A stretch of DNA of 63,942 nucleotides, filler included, from Dehalococcoidia bacterium (GCA_041494685.1; 3 parts of 3 records of this genome joined end to end with filler, not necessarily neighbours in it); one strand, 5' to 3'. Shown: positions 8,985 to 19,318, counted from the first letter of the whole stretch. The notes: generated from the sequence alone by a model not told the origin. Numbers and translations are program-made.

Positions 8985-11449
8985 TGGGCAGCCTCAACCT
9001 CACCAGTAACACCCTTGGTTCGATATATCGTAACCGCTCCCGACGTGAAGGCTGGCTGGAGTGATTTGAACTTCTCCATCCCGGCACCGCCGTAGAGCCT
9101 GCGCTCGAGTTCGCCGACGTACACGAAGGTCACGTTGTATTTCTGCAACACCTGCCGCATCGTCGTCACGTCCGTGGTCTTGTACAGCGTCTGGACGTCC
9201 TGGAACCGGCCCGCGCACGGCTTGCACGTGCCGCTGCGCCACTGGTCCTCGTGCCCCTGCCAGCCGATGATCGTCGGGATGCCCGTGGCCATCGATACGC
9301 GTCCGGCTTCCTTGTAGTCGCCGTCCACCGCCTCGGCGATGACGATATCCTGGCCCTGCGCGCGGTCGTCCAGCCAGGCGAACGCGTTGCGGTCGTCCTG
9401 CGAGAACTGCCCGAGGCCGGCCAGTTCACCGTCGCCCGAGGCGCGGTGGCCCGCCGCGTCGTACGGCCGGACGCGGTTGAACGTGCCGCCCAGCGGGTAC
9501 AGCGCCGCACCGGCAAGCATCACCGCCACGGCGGCGCCCCACGCGTAGCGGTACGCCGCGGCGCTCGGGAACGTCAGTCGCCAGCGGCTGGCCAGGTAGT
9601 ACAGCGAGAAGCCGCCGGCGATCGCCAGCAGCAGCCAGGCCTCGTAGTACAGCTTGAAGACCGTGTTCATGCGGTTGTTGAACACGTCGCCGACGTAGAA
9701 GAACTCCGTCCCCAGGACCAGCAGCAGCGCCGTGGCCGCGATGCCGAGCGCGAAGACCGGGCTCTCCCGCTCGTCGCGGTCGCCGTCGGCGGTGACCTCC
9801 AGCCAGAGCGCCAGGATCGCCGCGGCCAGGGCAGCCACAAGGAACAGCGCCGTGATCCAGGCGGTGCCGCGGTCGGCGATCTGCGCACCAAGGCCGCCGG
9901 CGCCGGCACCGAGCTTGCTGCTGCCGCTCGCCTTCTGGAACAGGAACCAGCCCGCCCATGCAACCACCACCAGCGCGCCGGGCGCGGCCGCGATCGCACC
10001 GACGCGGAGCGTCACCCGCTGGCGCCGCGCCAGGATGCGTGCGCCGATGAACGGGATGACGAGCGTGAACAGCGGCCCCCAGAACAGGAACAGGTGGAAC
10101 GGCCGCGTCGCGGGCACCGTCACACCGTTGCTGGACACGACGGCGCCGATGCCGTCAGCCTGCGAGTTGCCGGTGATCGACAGCAGGAACGGCGAGAACA
10201 TCAGCAGCGCCAACAGCACGAGCGGTACCGCGAACGAGACGATCTGCACGAACAGGTCGAGCGTGATCGCGCGCACGCGCATGAAGTTGCTGACGAACGC
10301 GGTCAGGACGACGACGAACGTCAGTGCCGCGATGTCCCAGGTGTTGATGAACGCCAGTCCGCCGACCAGCATCGCCGATGCGACGAGCGCCAGCGGGCGC
10401 TCCAGCCAGAACGTGATGTCGAGCGGCTCCGGGCTGCGGTAGAGCGAGATCGCCGCGCCGACGACGAGCAGCACGAACGGCAGCGCCATCACGTGCGGGT
10501 GCAGGTCGCCCAGCAGGAAGCTGAACATCGGGAACTCCGTGATGACGCGGTAGTCCTGGTCGTTGATCGGATAGATGCGCGACGCGTTGAAGAAGCCGAA
10601 GAACTGCGACGGATACCAGGCGTGACGGACCATGTCCGGCGCCAGGCCCGAGACGTCGACGAAGTCGTACAGCGACTTGCCGCCGATTCCGTACGCCGAC
10701 GTGAACATGAACACCCACGCCAGGTTGCCCATCACCACCAGCATCAGCCCGGCGGCGATGCCGAAGACCGGCGGCCGCCAGTTGAAGCGACGCGCGGCCT
10801 GTTTCGGCTCGGCCGCGTCTTCGGCGTGCTCGCGCATCTGGACGAGGTTGTAGACGAGGCCCGCCGCGCCGACCAGCGCCATCGTCGCGATCATCGCCAG
10901 GCCGATGTTGTACGACACATCGGCGGCGACGCCCGCCAGGCGGCCGGTCATCATCACGATCAGGTAGCCGAAGTAGTAGTAGGCGACATCGTGGCCGGAG
11001 AGCCAGGGATCCCTGGGCGGGAAGTGGTCCGCCCGCAGCGTGGCGTTGATGAACATCAGGTCCATCGGCTGCTCGGTGCCGGCGATCTGCCCGACCATCG
11101 AGCGCAGCCAGACGGCGGTGAAGAAGACGACGAGAAACACCACCTCGACGCCGGCGATGTACTGCCAGTGTTCGCGCAGCCAGCCGGGCAGCGCCGCGCG
11201 CTCGCGGTAGGCGAACAGCGCCGAGACCAGCACGAGCAGGAAGATCGCGATGATGACGCCGGCGTTCGAGTTCGGCAGGATCTGCAGGCTGTTCAGCAGC
11301 CAGAAGACGTACCCCACCAGCAGGAGACCGAAGGGCTTGGAAAGGGCGTAGCCGCGGTCCGGCAGCCGCCGGAAGAGGGCGAGGCAGAGCGGCAGCAGCG
11401 GCAACGCCACCACCTGCAGGATCAGCCACCATCGGATCGCTTCGCTCAT
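8981..11449 (-). CDS. DUF2298 / Chlor_Arch_YYY membrane protein
   Basis: TEQPMD, DPWLSG..AYYYFGY, ITEFPMFSFLLGDLHPH, NTWD, RMNTVFKLY, GWQGHEDQWR motifs. Confidence 0.88.
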   Translation of the reverse strand: MSEAIRWWLILQVVALPLLPLCLALFRRLPDRGYALSKPFGLLLVGYVFWLLNSLQILPNSNAGVIIAIFLLVLVSALFAYRERAALPGWLREHWQYIAGVEVVFLVVFFTAVWLRSMVGQIAGTEQPMDLMFINATLRADHFPPRDPWLSGHDVAYYYFGYLIVMMTGRLAGVAADVSYNIGLAMIATMALVGAAGLVYNLVQMREHAEDAAEPKQAARRFNWRPPVFGIAAGLMLVVMGNLAWVFMFTSAYGIGGKSLYDFVDVSGLAPDMVRHAWYPSQFFGFFNASRIYPINDQDYRVITEFPMFSFLLGDLHPHVMALPFVLLVVGAAISLYRSPEPLDITFWLERPLALVASAMLVGGLAFINTWDIAALTFVVVLTAFVSNFMRVRAITLDLFVQIVSFAVPLVLLALLMFSPFLLSITGNSQADGIGAVVSSNGVTVPATRPFHLFLFWGPLFTLVIPFIGARILARRQRVTLRVGAIAAAPGALVVVAWAGWFLFQKASGSSKLGAGAGGLGAQIADRGTAWITALFLVAALAAAILALWLEVTADGDRDERESPVFALGIAATALLLVLGTEFFYVGDVFNNRMNTVFKLYYEAWLLLAIAGGFSLYYLASRWRLTFPSAAAYRYAWGAAVAVMLAGAALYPLGGTFNRVRPYDAAGHRASGDGELAGLGQFSQDDRNAFAWLDDRAQGQDIVIAEAVDGDYKEAGRVSMATGIPTIIGWQGHEDQWRSGTCKPCAGRFQDVQTLYKTTDVTTMRQVLQKYNVTFVYVGELERRLYGGAGMEKFKSLQPAFTSGAVTIYRTKGVTGEVEAAQ

Positions 11450-11584
11450 GCGGTCCCTTAGCCTAAACGCGCCGCACGGGTGCGTCTAACACCTGTACGG
11501 CGGCGGGCCGGGGCCGGGTGTTTCTTGACAACGCTCCGGGATGGCCTCCTGCTTCCCCGCCGGACATCCGTGTCGGGGCGGATC

Positions 11585-12538
11585 CTACTGGAACAGCGCG
11601 TCGACGAACTCCTCCGCGTCGAAAGGCGTCAGATCCTCCGGTTTCTCGCCGGTGCCAATGAATCGTACGGGAATCTGGAGCTGGTCCGAGACGGCGAACA
11701 CGATGCCGCCCTTCGACGTGCCGTCGAGCTTCGTCAGGCAGAGCGCCGTGATCGGCACGACCTCGGCGAACGCCTTCGCCTGCACCAGCGCGTTCTGGCC
11801 CGTCGTCGCATCCAGCACCAGCATCACCTCGTCCGGCCCCTCGGGCAGCTTCCGCTCGATGACACGGCGGATCTTGCCCAGCTCCTCCATGAGGTTGAAC
11901 TTCGTGTGAAGGCGGCCGGCAGTGTCGATGAGCAGGACGTCGGCCTTGCGGCTCTCCGCCGCGGTCATGGCGTCGAAGACGACGGCGCCTGGATCGGCGC
12001 CCTGCTGGTGCGCGATGACGTCCGCGCCAACGACGGCGCCCCACGATTTGAGCTGCTCGATCGCGGCGGCGCGGAACGTGTCCGCCGCTGCCACCACGAC
12101 CTTCTCCCCGTCCTCGCGGTACGCCTGCGCGAGCTTGGCGACGCTGGTCGTCTTACCCGTGCCGTTGACGCCGACGACGAGGACGACGGCAGGGCGGTCC
12201 GGCGGCGGCGACTCCTCCTCGCCCCAGATGCGACCCTTCGCGTGGCCGCCCCGGAGGGTCGCGACCAGTTCGTCCTTGAGGATCTGCTTGACCTGCTCCG
12301 CATCCTTGATGCGCTCCTGCTCGACGCGGAGCTGCACGGCGGTGAGGATCTTGTGCGTCGTCGAGACGCCGGTGTCGGCGCCGATCAGCAGCTCTTCGAG
12401 CTCTTCCCAGATCTGGTCATCGACCTTGCCGCGGTCGAAGAGGCCGGAGATGCTGCTGAACCAGCCCTTGCGGGTGCGTTCGAGCGCGTGTTCGGTCTTC
12501 TCGTCGGTCTCTTTCGTGCGCTTGAAGATGCGTAGCAG
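11585..12538 (-). CDS. ftsY: SRP receptor FtsY
   Basis: [34 protein letters not shown]; probable CTG start 6 nt after AGGAGG. Confidence 0.95.
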   Translation of the reverse strand: MLRIFKRTKETDEKTEHALERTRKGWFSSISGLFDRGKVDDQIWEELEELLIGADTGVSTTHKILTAVQLRVEQERIKDAEQVKQILKDELVATLRGGHAKGRIWGEEESPPPDRPAVVLVVGVNGTGKTTSVAKLAQAYREDGEKVVVAAADTFRAAAIEQLKSWGAVVGADVIAHQQGADPGAVVFDAMTAAESRKADVLLIDTAGRLHTKFNLMEELGKIRRVIERKLPEGPDEVMLVLDATTGQNALVQAKAFAEVVPITALCLTKLDGTSKGGIVFAVSDQLQIPVRFIGTGEKPEDLTPFDAEEFVDALFQ

Positions 12539-12654
12539 GGACGGCCTCCTTGGCTCGGCGCATTCTATCGGCTGGCAGAGGGGCGGTGAAGGGCGCACGG
12601 CGCCACGAGACGTGAACGTCCCTGTCGGGGGTGTCCGGAACGCGGCGGAGGAGA

Positions 12655-15600
12655 CTATTCGAGCAGATCCTTCTCCACGTCCGCCAGCCGCAGGCTGAGG
12701 ACGCGCGAGACGTTGTCCGCCCCCATCGAAACGCCGTAGATCGTGTCGGCGGTCTCGATGGTGCGCCGGTTGTGCGTGATGATGATGAACTGCGTGCGCT
12801 CGGACAGCGCCCGCAGCTCCTCGACGAAGCGGCCGACGTTCGCCTCGTCCAGCGCCGCGTCCACCTCGTCCAGCACGCAGATCGGTGACGGGTTCGCCTG
12901 CAGCAGCGCGAAGAGCAGCGCCACGGCCGTCAGCGAGCGCTCGCCGCCCGAGAGCAGCGCCATCGAGCCGAGCTTCTTGCCCGGCGGCTGCGCGATGATC
13001 TCGATGCCCGGCAGACCGTTCTCGTCGACCTCGCCCAACTCCAGGCGGGCGGTGCCGCCGCGGAAGAAGGCGCTGAAGTAGCGCTCGAACTCGGCGTTCA
13101 CCGTCTTGAACGTCGTACGGAAGCGCTCGCGGATCACGGTCTCCAGCTCCGCGATCGCCTCGTGAAGCTGCCCCTCCGCCTCCGAGAGGTCGTTGAGCTG
13201 ACCGGAGAGGAAGTCGTAGCGCTCGCGGCTCTCTTCGTACTCGGTCGCGGCTTCTTCGTTGACCGGCCCCAGCGACCGGATCGACGCGCGCAGCTCGGCG
13301 ATGCGGTCGCGCACTTCCGTCGGGTTGATCGTCGAGCCACCGCGGATCGGCGGCAGGCCGCCGCTGTCGTCGGAGCGCAGCCAGTTGGGCAGGTCACCGC
13401 TCGCCGCCGCGTACTCCTCCGCCGGCTCGAACTCCGGTTCGGGCTCGGGCTCGGGCGCGCGCTCGATCTCGCCGTCGGCCGTCGCAATGAAGCCCTCGTT
13501 CTGCAGGCTCTCCCGGAGCGACTCCAGCTCATCGCGCCGCATGCGGACGTCGTTCTCGCAGTCCACCAGGGCGCGTTCCGCCGAGCGCAGCTTCTCGTTC
13601 GATTCGGCGAGCTGCGCCGCCATCGAGCGCTCGCGCGACTCGAACTGCGACAGCTCCTGCCGCGCGGGCTCCAGCTCCTCCCGCAGCGCGTCCACCTCGA
13701 TCGTCTTCTCGCCGAGCTCGCGCTGCGTCGTCGCCAGGCGCGCAGCCACGGCCTGTGCCTCTTGCTGCGACTGCGTGCGCTGCTGGTCCTTGGTGGCGAT
13801 CTGCCGGGTCAGCCGATCGCGGGCGATCCGCTCTGCCTCGGTGAGCTGGCGATCGGAGCGCAGCGCGCCGTCCAGTTCGGCGACGGCGGTAGCGTGCAGC
13901 GACACCTGCTCGACCAGCGACGTGCGTTCCGCCTCGAGCGCCGCGAGGCCCTCGCGCGCCTGCTGCTCGCGCGCCGCGGCTTCGCGCGCTTCAGCGGCCC
14001 GCAGCTCGCGCTCCTGCTCCCCGCTGTCCCGGCGAGCGCGCATCTTCTCGATCTGCGTATCGCGCTGGGCCTGCGCGGCGGCGTGCGCTTGCAGCCGCGC
14101 GCGGAAGGCCGGCAACCGGCCCCGGGAGCCCGCCAGGTCCTTCTCGGCGTTGTTCTTCTGCTCGCGGAGCGTCTCGATGTCGGCGGAGAGTTCCGCGATC
14201 TTGCGCTGCGACTCTTCCTGCTGCCGCGCCGCTTCGCGCAAGGCCGACTCGCGCTGCTCGACGAGCGGCCGCAGCCGGTCGAGCTCCGCCGGCAGATCTT
14301 CCAACTCGCGCTCACGCACGAACGTCGCCTGCACGGTCGAGAGCGACCCGGCGGCGACGGAGCCGACGGGCCGCACGAGTATGCCGTTGAGCGTGGCGAC
14401 GGCGCCCGCGAGGCCGCGGCGCACGACGCGCTGCGCCAGCGACAGGTCCTCGACGATCACCGTGCGGCCGAGCAGCGTGTCGATGAGCTTGCGGTAGCGG
14501 CTGTCGCAGCGGACAAGCCCGGAAGCGACACCGACGATGCCCTTCTCCTTGATCAGGTTGAGCGGCCGTGACTCCTGGAAGTTGTCGAGCGCGTAGATGG
14601 TGGCCCGGCCGGTGTCACCGGCGAGCAACAGACCGACCGCTTCCTTCACGTCCGACTGCCGATCCATCACGACCGCGAAGAGGTTCTCCGCGAGCGCCGC
14701 TTCGATCGCCTTCTCCAGGCCCGCCGGCACGCGGATGACCTGGCCGACGAGGCCGCGCACGCCGCGCAGCTCAACGCCTTCCGGCACGCTCTCGCGCTTG
14801 ATGACGCCGCCCGCCTCCAGGATCGCCCGGACGCCGGCATCGGGCGCCTGCGCCGGCGCCTCCAGCGTCTCGATCATCTCCATCCGGACCTGGGCCGCGT
14901 CCATCTGGCTGCGCAGCGAACGCAGCTCCTCTTCCAGCGCGGACTGCTGCGCCCGCGCAGATTCGATCGTCTGCGTCTCCCGCGCGCGGCCGTCGATCGC
15001 CGATTCGAGGCGAGGCGCTACCAGCGAGAGCTGCCCGGCGGCGCGGGCGTAGTCCTTCGCCCAGGCCGCGAGGTCGGCGAGGATCTTGCGCCGCTCCTCG
15101 TCCGAGCCGTCGCGCTCGCGCCGCAGGCGCGCCGCCGTGTCAGCGGAGTCGATGATCCGCTTCGAGAGGTCCTCGACCGCGACGAGCGCGCGGGCGGCCG
15201 CCTGCTCTTCGGCGAAGGCGGTGCGTTGCAGCGCCGACAGCTCCTTTTCGACGACACCCAGCCGCTCCCGGTGGCTCGCCAGTTCCGCGCGCGACCCGGC
15301 CAGCTTCGTCTCCAGGTCGGTGAGGTCGGGCGCCGCGCCTGCGGCGTCCTGCGCGGCCTCGTCTGCGCGCAGCGACGCAAGCTCCGCCGTCAGCTCTTCG
15401 ATACGGGCCGCCAGCATGGTGCCGCGTTCGCTGTCCAGCGCCGCGCGGCGCTCCAGGTCGCGCACGTAGTCCTGCAGCTTGCGCAGCCGCTCCTCCCGAA
15501 TAGCGATCTCGCGACGGCGCTCGTCGATCGCGGCGCGAAGCTGCACGAGGCCGTCTTCGCACGCCTTCGCGTCGGCCTTCACGCGCTCGAAGTCCTCGCT

Positions 15601-16353
15601 GCGCTGGTCCTGCGCCGTCATGGACGAGAGCAGCGCCGAGTTCACTTCCTGCCACTGATGCGAGTACCAGACGTGCAGCGTAGCGGCCAACTCGCGCGCA
15701 AGCTCCTGGAACTTCACCGCGCGGCCTGCCTGCCGCTCGAGTTGCGTGATGCGCGGCTCGATCTCGCGGACAAGCAGGCGGACGCGGTCCATGTTCTCGC
15801 GCGTCGCTTTCAGCTTGTGCTGCGCGTCCTCCAGCTTGCCGCGGTAGAGGTGCACGTCCGCGGCCTCCTCGATGAGCGCGCGGCGGTCCTCCGGGCGCAG
15901 GCTCAGCACCTGCTCGACCATGCCCTGGCCCATGAACGCGTAGCTGTTCTGGCCAACCTGCGCGCGCTGGAAGAGTTCCACGACGTCGCGCAGGCGTACT
16001 TTCGTGTTGTTGATCAGGTACTCGTTCTCGCTGCTGCGGTAGGCGCGACGCGTAACGACCACCTCGTCGTACTCGATCGGCAGCCAGTGGGTGCTATTGT
16101 CGAGCGTGATGCTGACTTCGGCGACGCCCATCGCCGCGCGCTTGTCGCTGCCGGCGAAGATCACATCCTCGGTCTTGCGGGCGCGGATCGTGCGACTGGC
16201 GTGTTCGCCCAGCACCCAGCGCAGGGCGTCGGCGACGTTCGTCTTGCCGGTGCCGTTCGGACCGACGACGCAGGTCACGCCGGGCGTGAACTGCAGCGCC
16301 GTCTTGTTGGCGAAGCTCTTGAACCCCTGGACGTCCAGCCGTTTCAGGTACAT
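12655..16353 (-). CDS. smc: Chromosome segregation protein SMC
   Basis: [15 protein letters not shown] Walker A, hinge, long coiled coils, [14 protein letters not shown]. Confidence 0.96.
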   Translation of the reverse strand: MYLKRLDVQGFKSFANKTALQFTPGVTCVVGPNGTGKTNVADALRWVLGEHASRTIRARKTEDVIFAGSDKRAAMGVAEVSITLDNSTHWLPIEYDEVVVTRRAYRSSENEYLINNTKVRLRDVVELFQRAQVGQNSYAFMGQGMVEQVLSLRPEDRRALIEEAADVHLYRGKLEDAQHKLKATRENMDRVRLLVREIEPRITQLERQAGRAVKFQELARELAATLHVWYSHQWQEVNSALLSSMTAQDQRSEDFERVKADAKACEDGLVQLRAAIDERRREIAIREERLRKLQDYVRDLERRAALDSERGTMLAARIEELTAELASLRADEAAQDAAGAAPDLTDLETKLAGSRAELASHRERLGVVEKELSALQRTAFAEEQAAARALVAVEDLSKRIIDSADTAARLRRERDGSDEERRKILADLAAWAKDYARAAGQLSLVAPRLESAIDGRARETQTIESARAQQSALEEELRSLRSQMDAAQVRMEMIETLEAPAQAPDAGVRAILEAGGVIKRESVPEGVELRGVRGLVGQVIRVPAGLEKAIEAALAENLFAVVMDRQSDVKEAVGLLLAGDTGRATIYALDNFQESRPLNLIKEKGIVGVASGLVRCDSRYRKLIDTLLGRTVIVEDLSLAQRVVRRGLAGAVATLNGILVRPVGSVAAGSLSTVQATFVRERELEDLPAELDRLRPLVEQRESALREAARQQEESQRKIAELSADIETLREQKNNAEKDLAGSRGRLPAFRARLQAHAAAQAQRDTQIEKMRARRDSGEQERELRAAEAREAAAREQQAREGLAALEAERTSLVEQVSLHATAVAELDGALRSDRQLTEAERIARDRLTRQIATKDQQRTQSQQEAQAVAARLATTQRELGEKTIEVDALREELEPARQELSQFESRERSMAAQLAESNEKLRSAERALVDCENDVRMRRDELESLRESLQNEGFIATADGEIERAPEPEPEPEFEPAEEYAAASGDLPNWLRSDDSGGLPPIRGGSTINPTEVRDRIAELRASIRSLGPVNEEAATEYEESRERYDFLSGQLNDLSEAEGQLHEAIAELETVIRERFRTTFKTVNAEFERYFSAFFRGGTARLELGEVDENGLPGIEIIAQPPGKKLGSMALLSGGERSLTAVALLFALLQANPSPICVLDEVDAALDEANVGRFVEELRALSERTQFIIITHNRRTIETADTIYGVSMGADNVSRVLSLRLADVEKDLLE

Positions 16354-17055
16354 CTATGCGATCTCCTGCGTCTCAAGCTCGTCCAGCGCGTGCTGTGCCG
16401 CTTCTTTCTCGGCCATCTGCTTGCTGCGGCCTTCGCCCACGCCCAGCGGCTTGCCGCTCACCATCACCTGCACCGTGAAGCGCCTCGCATGGTCGGGCCC
16501 CTCCGTCTTCAGCAGCTTGTAGGCCGGCGTGGTCTGCCAGCGCGACTGGATGACCTCTTGCAGGCGCGACTTCGGGTCGTGCGGCATCCCCTTCTTGCGC
16601 AGCGCCTGCAGCTCGTCCTTCAGGCTGCGGCGCACGAACGCACGCACGCTGGCGATGCCGCCGTCCAGGAAGATGGCGCCCACGACGGCCTCGTAGGCCC
16701 GCGCCATGTTCGTCGGGCGGCGGCGGCCGCCGGCAGCCTCTTCACCACGGCCCAACTGCAGGTACTCACCCAACTCGAACCGGGCGGCGGCCCGGGCGAG
16801 CGTATCGCGGCGTACCAGGTGCGCGCGCAGCTCCGTCAGCTTGCCCTCGTCGACGTCGGGATACTCGTTATAGAGTTGCTGCGCGACGACCACGCCCAGC
16901 GCCGCATCCCCCAGGAATTCAAGCCGCTCGTTCGAGCCCAGGTCGATCCCCGGGTTTTCATTCAGGTACGAAGTATGGATCAGCGCCTGCTTCAGCAGAC
17001 TGGGGTTCTTGAACTTGAGGTGCAGCCGGGCCTCGAGTTCCTTCCAGTCTGGCAA
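16354..17055 (-). CDS. rnc: Ribonuclease III
   Basis: NERLEFLGDA signature, dsRBD DPKSRLQE...GRSKQMAEKEAA; TTG start after GAGG/AGGA RBS. Confidence 0.96.
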   Translation of the reverse strand: MPDWKELEARLHLKFKNPSLLKQALIHTSYLNENPGIDLGSNERLEFLGDAALGVVVAQQLYNEYPDVDEGKLTELRAHLVRRDTLARAAARFELGEYLQLGRGEEAAGGRRRPTNMARAYEAVVGAIFLDGGIASVRAFVRRSLKDELQALRKKGMPHDPKSRLQEVIQSRWQTTPAYKLLKTEGPDHARRFTVQVMVSGKPLGVGEGRSKQMAEKEAAQHALDELETQEIA

Positions 17056-17099
17056 GTTCCTACCTCTCGCGCGGGGAGCGCTGGCCTGCGAAGGCCGGG

Positions 17100-17127
17100 A
17101 AACAAAATCGACCGCACCCGGCGGTCG
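17100..17127 (-). terminator. Intrinsic terminator about 45 nt upstream of rnc
   Basis: CGACCGC-CGGGT-GCGGTCG hairpin followed by ATTTTGTTT on minus strand. Confidence 0.65.
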
Positions 17128-17279
17128 TATGCAGCAATCCAACACGGAGATGGAGATCTGGCCCGGTGCCGGGTGCCCGAGCACCCGCGCTCCGACCGCG
17201 CTCCCGCTCCCGTCGGCTGCGGCCATCGGGGTTCCTTCCCCTACGCTCCGCCCGATCGAACCCTGTTGGCCGCCAGACC
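17100..17279 (-). ncRNA. Candidate structured small RNA or rnc leader (unassigned family)
   Basis: Own promoter and terminator; multi-stem fold (see findings). Confidence 0.5.
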
Positions 17280-17285
17280 GTGTTG

Positions 17286-17315
17286 ATCATAGGTACCGCC
17301 CGGTAGGACTGTCAA
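17286..17315 (-). promoter_or_regulatory. Near-consensus sigma70 promoter driving the candidate RNA / rnc operon
   Basis: TTGACA-18 nt-TATGAT. Confidence 0.75.
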
Positions 17316-17342
17316 GCCGAGAGGCTGCCTATACTGCCCGCG

Positions 17343-18635
17343 ATGACAACCGGCGCCCCATCCGCGGCTGATATGCGCACCCGTCTGCTGAGGTCACTGC
17401 CCGCAGGCGCGCGGGCCGCCGTGCGGGCGATCGTATCCGCGCAGGCGGCGGGCGCGGTCTACGCCGTGGGCGGCTCTGTGCGCGACCTGATCCTCGGACG
17501 GCAGATCGTCGACCTCGACCTGGCGGTCGAGTGCGACGCGGCGGCGCTCGTCCGCCGCGCCCTGCCCGGCGCGAAGATCACGGCGCACGCGCGGTTCGGC
17601 ACCGCCAGCGTGACTGTGGACGGCGTGCGCATCGACGTGGCCACGGCGCGGCGCGAGACGTACGACCGCCCGGGCGCGCTCCCGAAGGTCGCGCCGGCAA
17701 GCATCGTCGAGGACCTGCACCGCCGCGACTTCTCCATGAACGCGATCGCCCTGCGACTGGACGGCCGCGCGACGCTGCTCGATCCGTGCGGCGGCGTCGC
17801 CGATATCGCGGCGCACCGCGTGCGCGTGCTGCACGACGGATCGCTCCGCGACGATGCCACGCGGATCTTCCGGGCGTTCCGCTACGCCGCGCGGCTGGGC
17901 TTCTCCCTCGACGCGCACACGGCGGCGCTGCTGCGCGACGGCATCGCGCACGTCGCGGCGATCGGCGGCGAGCGGCTGCGCCGCGAACTGGAACTCCTGC
18001 TGGGCGAAACGACCGCCGGCGCCGCGCTGGAAGCGTGCGCCCGGGCGGGCGCGCTGCTCGCCGTGCATCCCGCGCTGCGCTGGGACAGCGAGCGCGGAGC
18101 CGCGCTGGCGTCGGACGCGACGGCGGACATCCCGCGCATCCCGTACGGCTTCGCGCTGCTGGTCGCGGGCGGCACGCCGGCCGAGGCCGCGGCCGTCACG
18201 CTGCGACTCAAGCTCAAGCGAGCGGAGGCTGCCGCCGTCGGCGGCGTGACGGCGATGGCCACGGTCGCCACGATGCTGAAGCGGCGGCACGCCAAGCCAT
18301 CTGGCGTCGTGATGCTGCTCGACCGGTACCCGCTGGCATCCGTCGCCGCGTTCGCCGCCACCGCCGACGGCGCGATTGCCCGGCAACTGGTGCTCCGCTA
18401 CCTTGCCGAGTGGCGTCAGGTGAAGCCGCTGTTGAGCGGGCGCGACCTGCAGGAGTTCGGCGTGCCAAACGGGCCGCAGGTGCAGCGCGGCCTCCAACTG
18501 ATCCGCGCCGCGCGGCTGGACGGCTGGGCAAACAGCCGCGACGACGAGCGCGCGCTCGCGCGGCGCTTCGTGAAGAGCATCCGCAACGCCGGGGCGATGA
18601 AGGCGCCGATCAAACCACATTTCCATGCCAATTGA
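17343..18635 (+). CDS. tRNA nucleotidyltransferase (CCA/A-adding) / poly(A) polymerase family
   Basis: VGGSVRD..DLDL, RRDFSMNA, DDATRIFRAFRYAARLGF; TATACT 7 nt before ATG. Confidence 0.88.
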   Translation: MTTGAPSAADMRTRLLRSLPAGARAAVRAIVSAQAAGAVYAVGGSVRDLILGRQIVDLDLAVECDAAALVRRALPGAKITAHARFGTASVTVDGVRIDVATARRETYDRPGALPKVAPASIVEDLHRRDFSMNAIALRLDGRATLLDPCGGVADIAAHRVRVLHDGSLRDDATRIFRAFRYAARLGFSLDAHTAALLRDGIAHVAAIGGERLRRELELLLGETTAGAALEACARAGALLAVHPALRWDSERGAALASDATADIPRIPYGFALLVAGGTPAEAAAVTLRLKLKRAEAAAVGGVTAMATVATMLKRRHAKPSGVVMLLDRYPLASVAAFAATADGAIARQLVLRYLAEWRQVKPLLSGRDLQEFGVPNGPQVQRGLQLIRAARLDGWANSRDDERALARRFVKSIRNAGAMKAPIKPHFHAN

Positions 18636-18924
18636 ACCGCGACTCTTCACGTGTACCGTCTGCGGCGAGCAGGTGGACGCGCGCATGTCCGCCGAGTGCA
18701 ACTGGTGCGACGGGCGCTTTCACCTCAACCAGCGGAACGACGTCGAGGCGCAGGACTGCGGCGCGGTCTGGATCGACGAGCAGTACATGGCCCTGCAGTT
18801 CGCCTGCAACACCTGCCTGGCGAGCGACGGCGCGCCGTCGCGGCCGTCGGCACCGCGGCAGCCCAGGGAGCGCATCGTCGTGCGGCCGGCGGAGCGGGCG
18901 CGCCGCTACAGGCGACGGGCGTGA
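18625..18924 (+). CDS. Small Cys/His-rich zinc-binding protein (C4HC3 pattern)
   Basis: C10-x2-C13-x11-C25-x2-C28-x4-H33-x11-C45-x15-C61-x2-C64; overlaps upstream stop by 11 nt. Confidence 0.7.
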   Translation: MPIEPRLFTCTVCGEQVDARMSAECNWCDGRFHLNQRNDVEAQDCGAVWIDEQYMALQFACNTCLASDGAPSRPSAPRQPRERIVVRPAERARRYRRRA

Positions 18925-18949
18925 TGGCGCGATCGAGCGAGCGAGACTG

Positions 18950-19318
18950 ATGGCGAAGAAGAAGCGAACGCGGCGGACGGCGCAGGACGCGCGGTCGAAG
19001 CCCGCCGGGTCGCGGCCGGGTGCGATCGATGTTGGGCGCGTGACGCCCGACTGGCGCTGGCGCACGTTCCCCGTGTTCTTCGCGTTCGTCTGCGGCATGC
19101 TGCTCGCGTTCTTCAGCAATGAGGGCACCGTCAACCCGCTGGCGTTCGGCTTGCTGCTCGCCGCGCTGCTGGGCTTCGGCTTCGGCCTCGCGCACCTGAT
19201 CGTCACCAATTTCTTCGTGGCACGGCGCGTGCGGGCGCGGCGCGAGGCGATCGCCCGCGGCGAGACGCCGGCGGAAGACTTCCAGGACGAACTGGTGTTT
19301 CCGGACGACGCCAGCTAG
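18950..19318 (+). CDS. Hypothetical membrane protein (2 TM)
   Basis: Basic N-terminus MAKKKRTRR, two hydrophobic helices, acidic tail; shares CTAG with the convergent gene's stop. Confidence 0.65.
   Translation: MAKKKRTRRTAQDARSKPAGSRPGAIDVGRVTPDWRWRTFPVFFAFVCGMLLAFFSNEGTVNPLAFGLLLAALLGFGFGLAHLIVTNFFVARRVRARREAIARGETPAEDFQDELVFPDDAS

Noticed and set aside
616..11461. Very long plus-strand ORFs (616-2691, 2499-4706, 5475-8255, 9251-11461) and similar ones elsewhere (22598-25066, 60712-62313)
   Set aside because: Antisense shadows of real genes in high-GC DNA; Arg/Ala-rich with no family motifs
13410..13460. [10 protein letters not shown] repeat in SMC as an insertion element or intein
   Set aside because: Short low-complexity loop in the coiled coil; no splicing motifs
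17056..17226. N-terminal extension of RNase III in the ORF track (likewise extensions of fabG, tatC, tyrS, FKBP and the ABC exporter)
   Set aside because: Upstream in-frame starts run through terminators or neighbouring genes; RBS and homology support the shorter starts
17151..17279. 5S rRNA, tRNA, tmRNA or 6S identity for the RNA upstream of rnc
   Set aside because: Only the first ~12 nt resemble 5S; no T-arm next to the acceptor stem, no tag ORF, and not a single long rod
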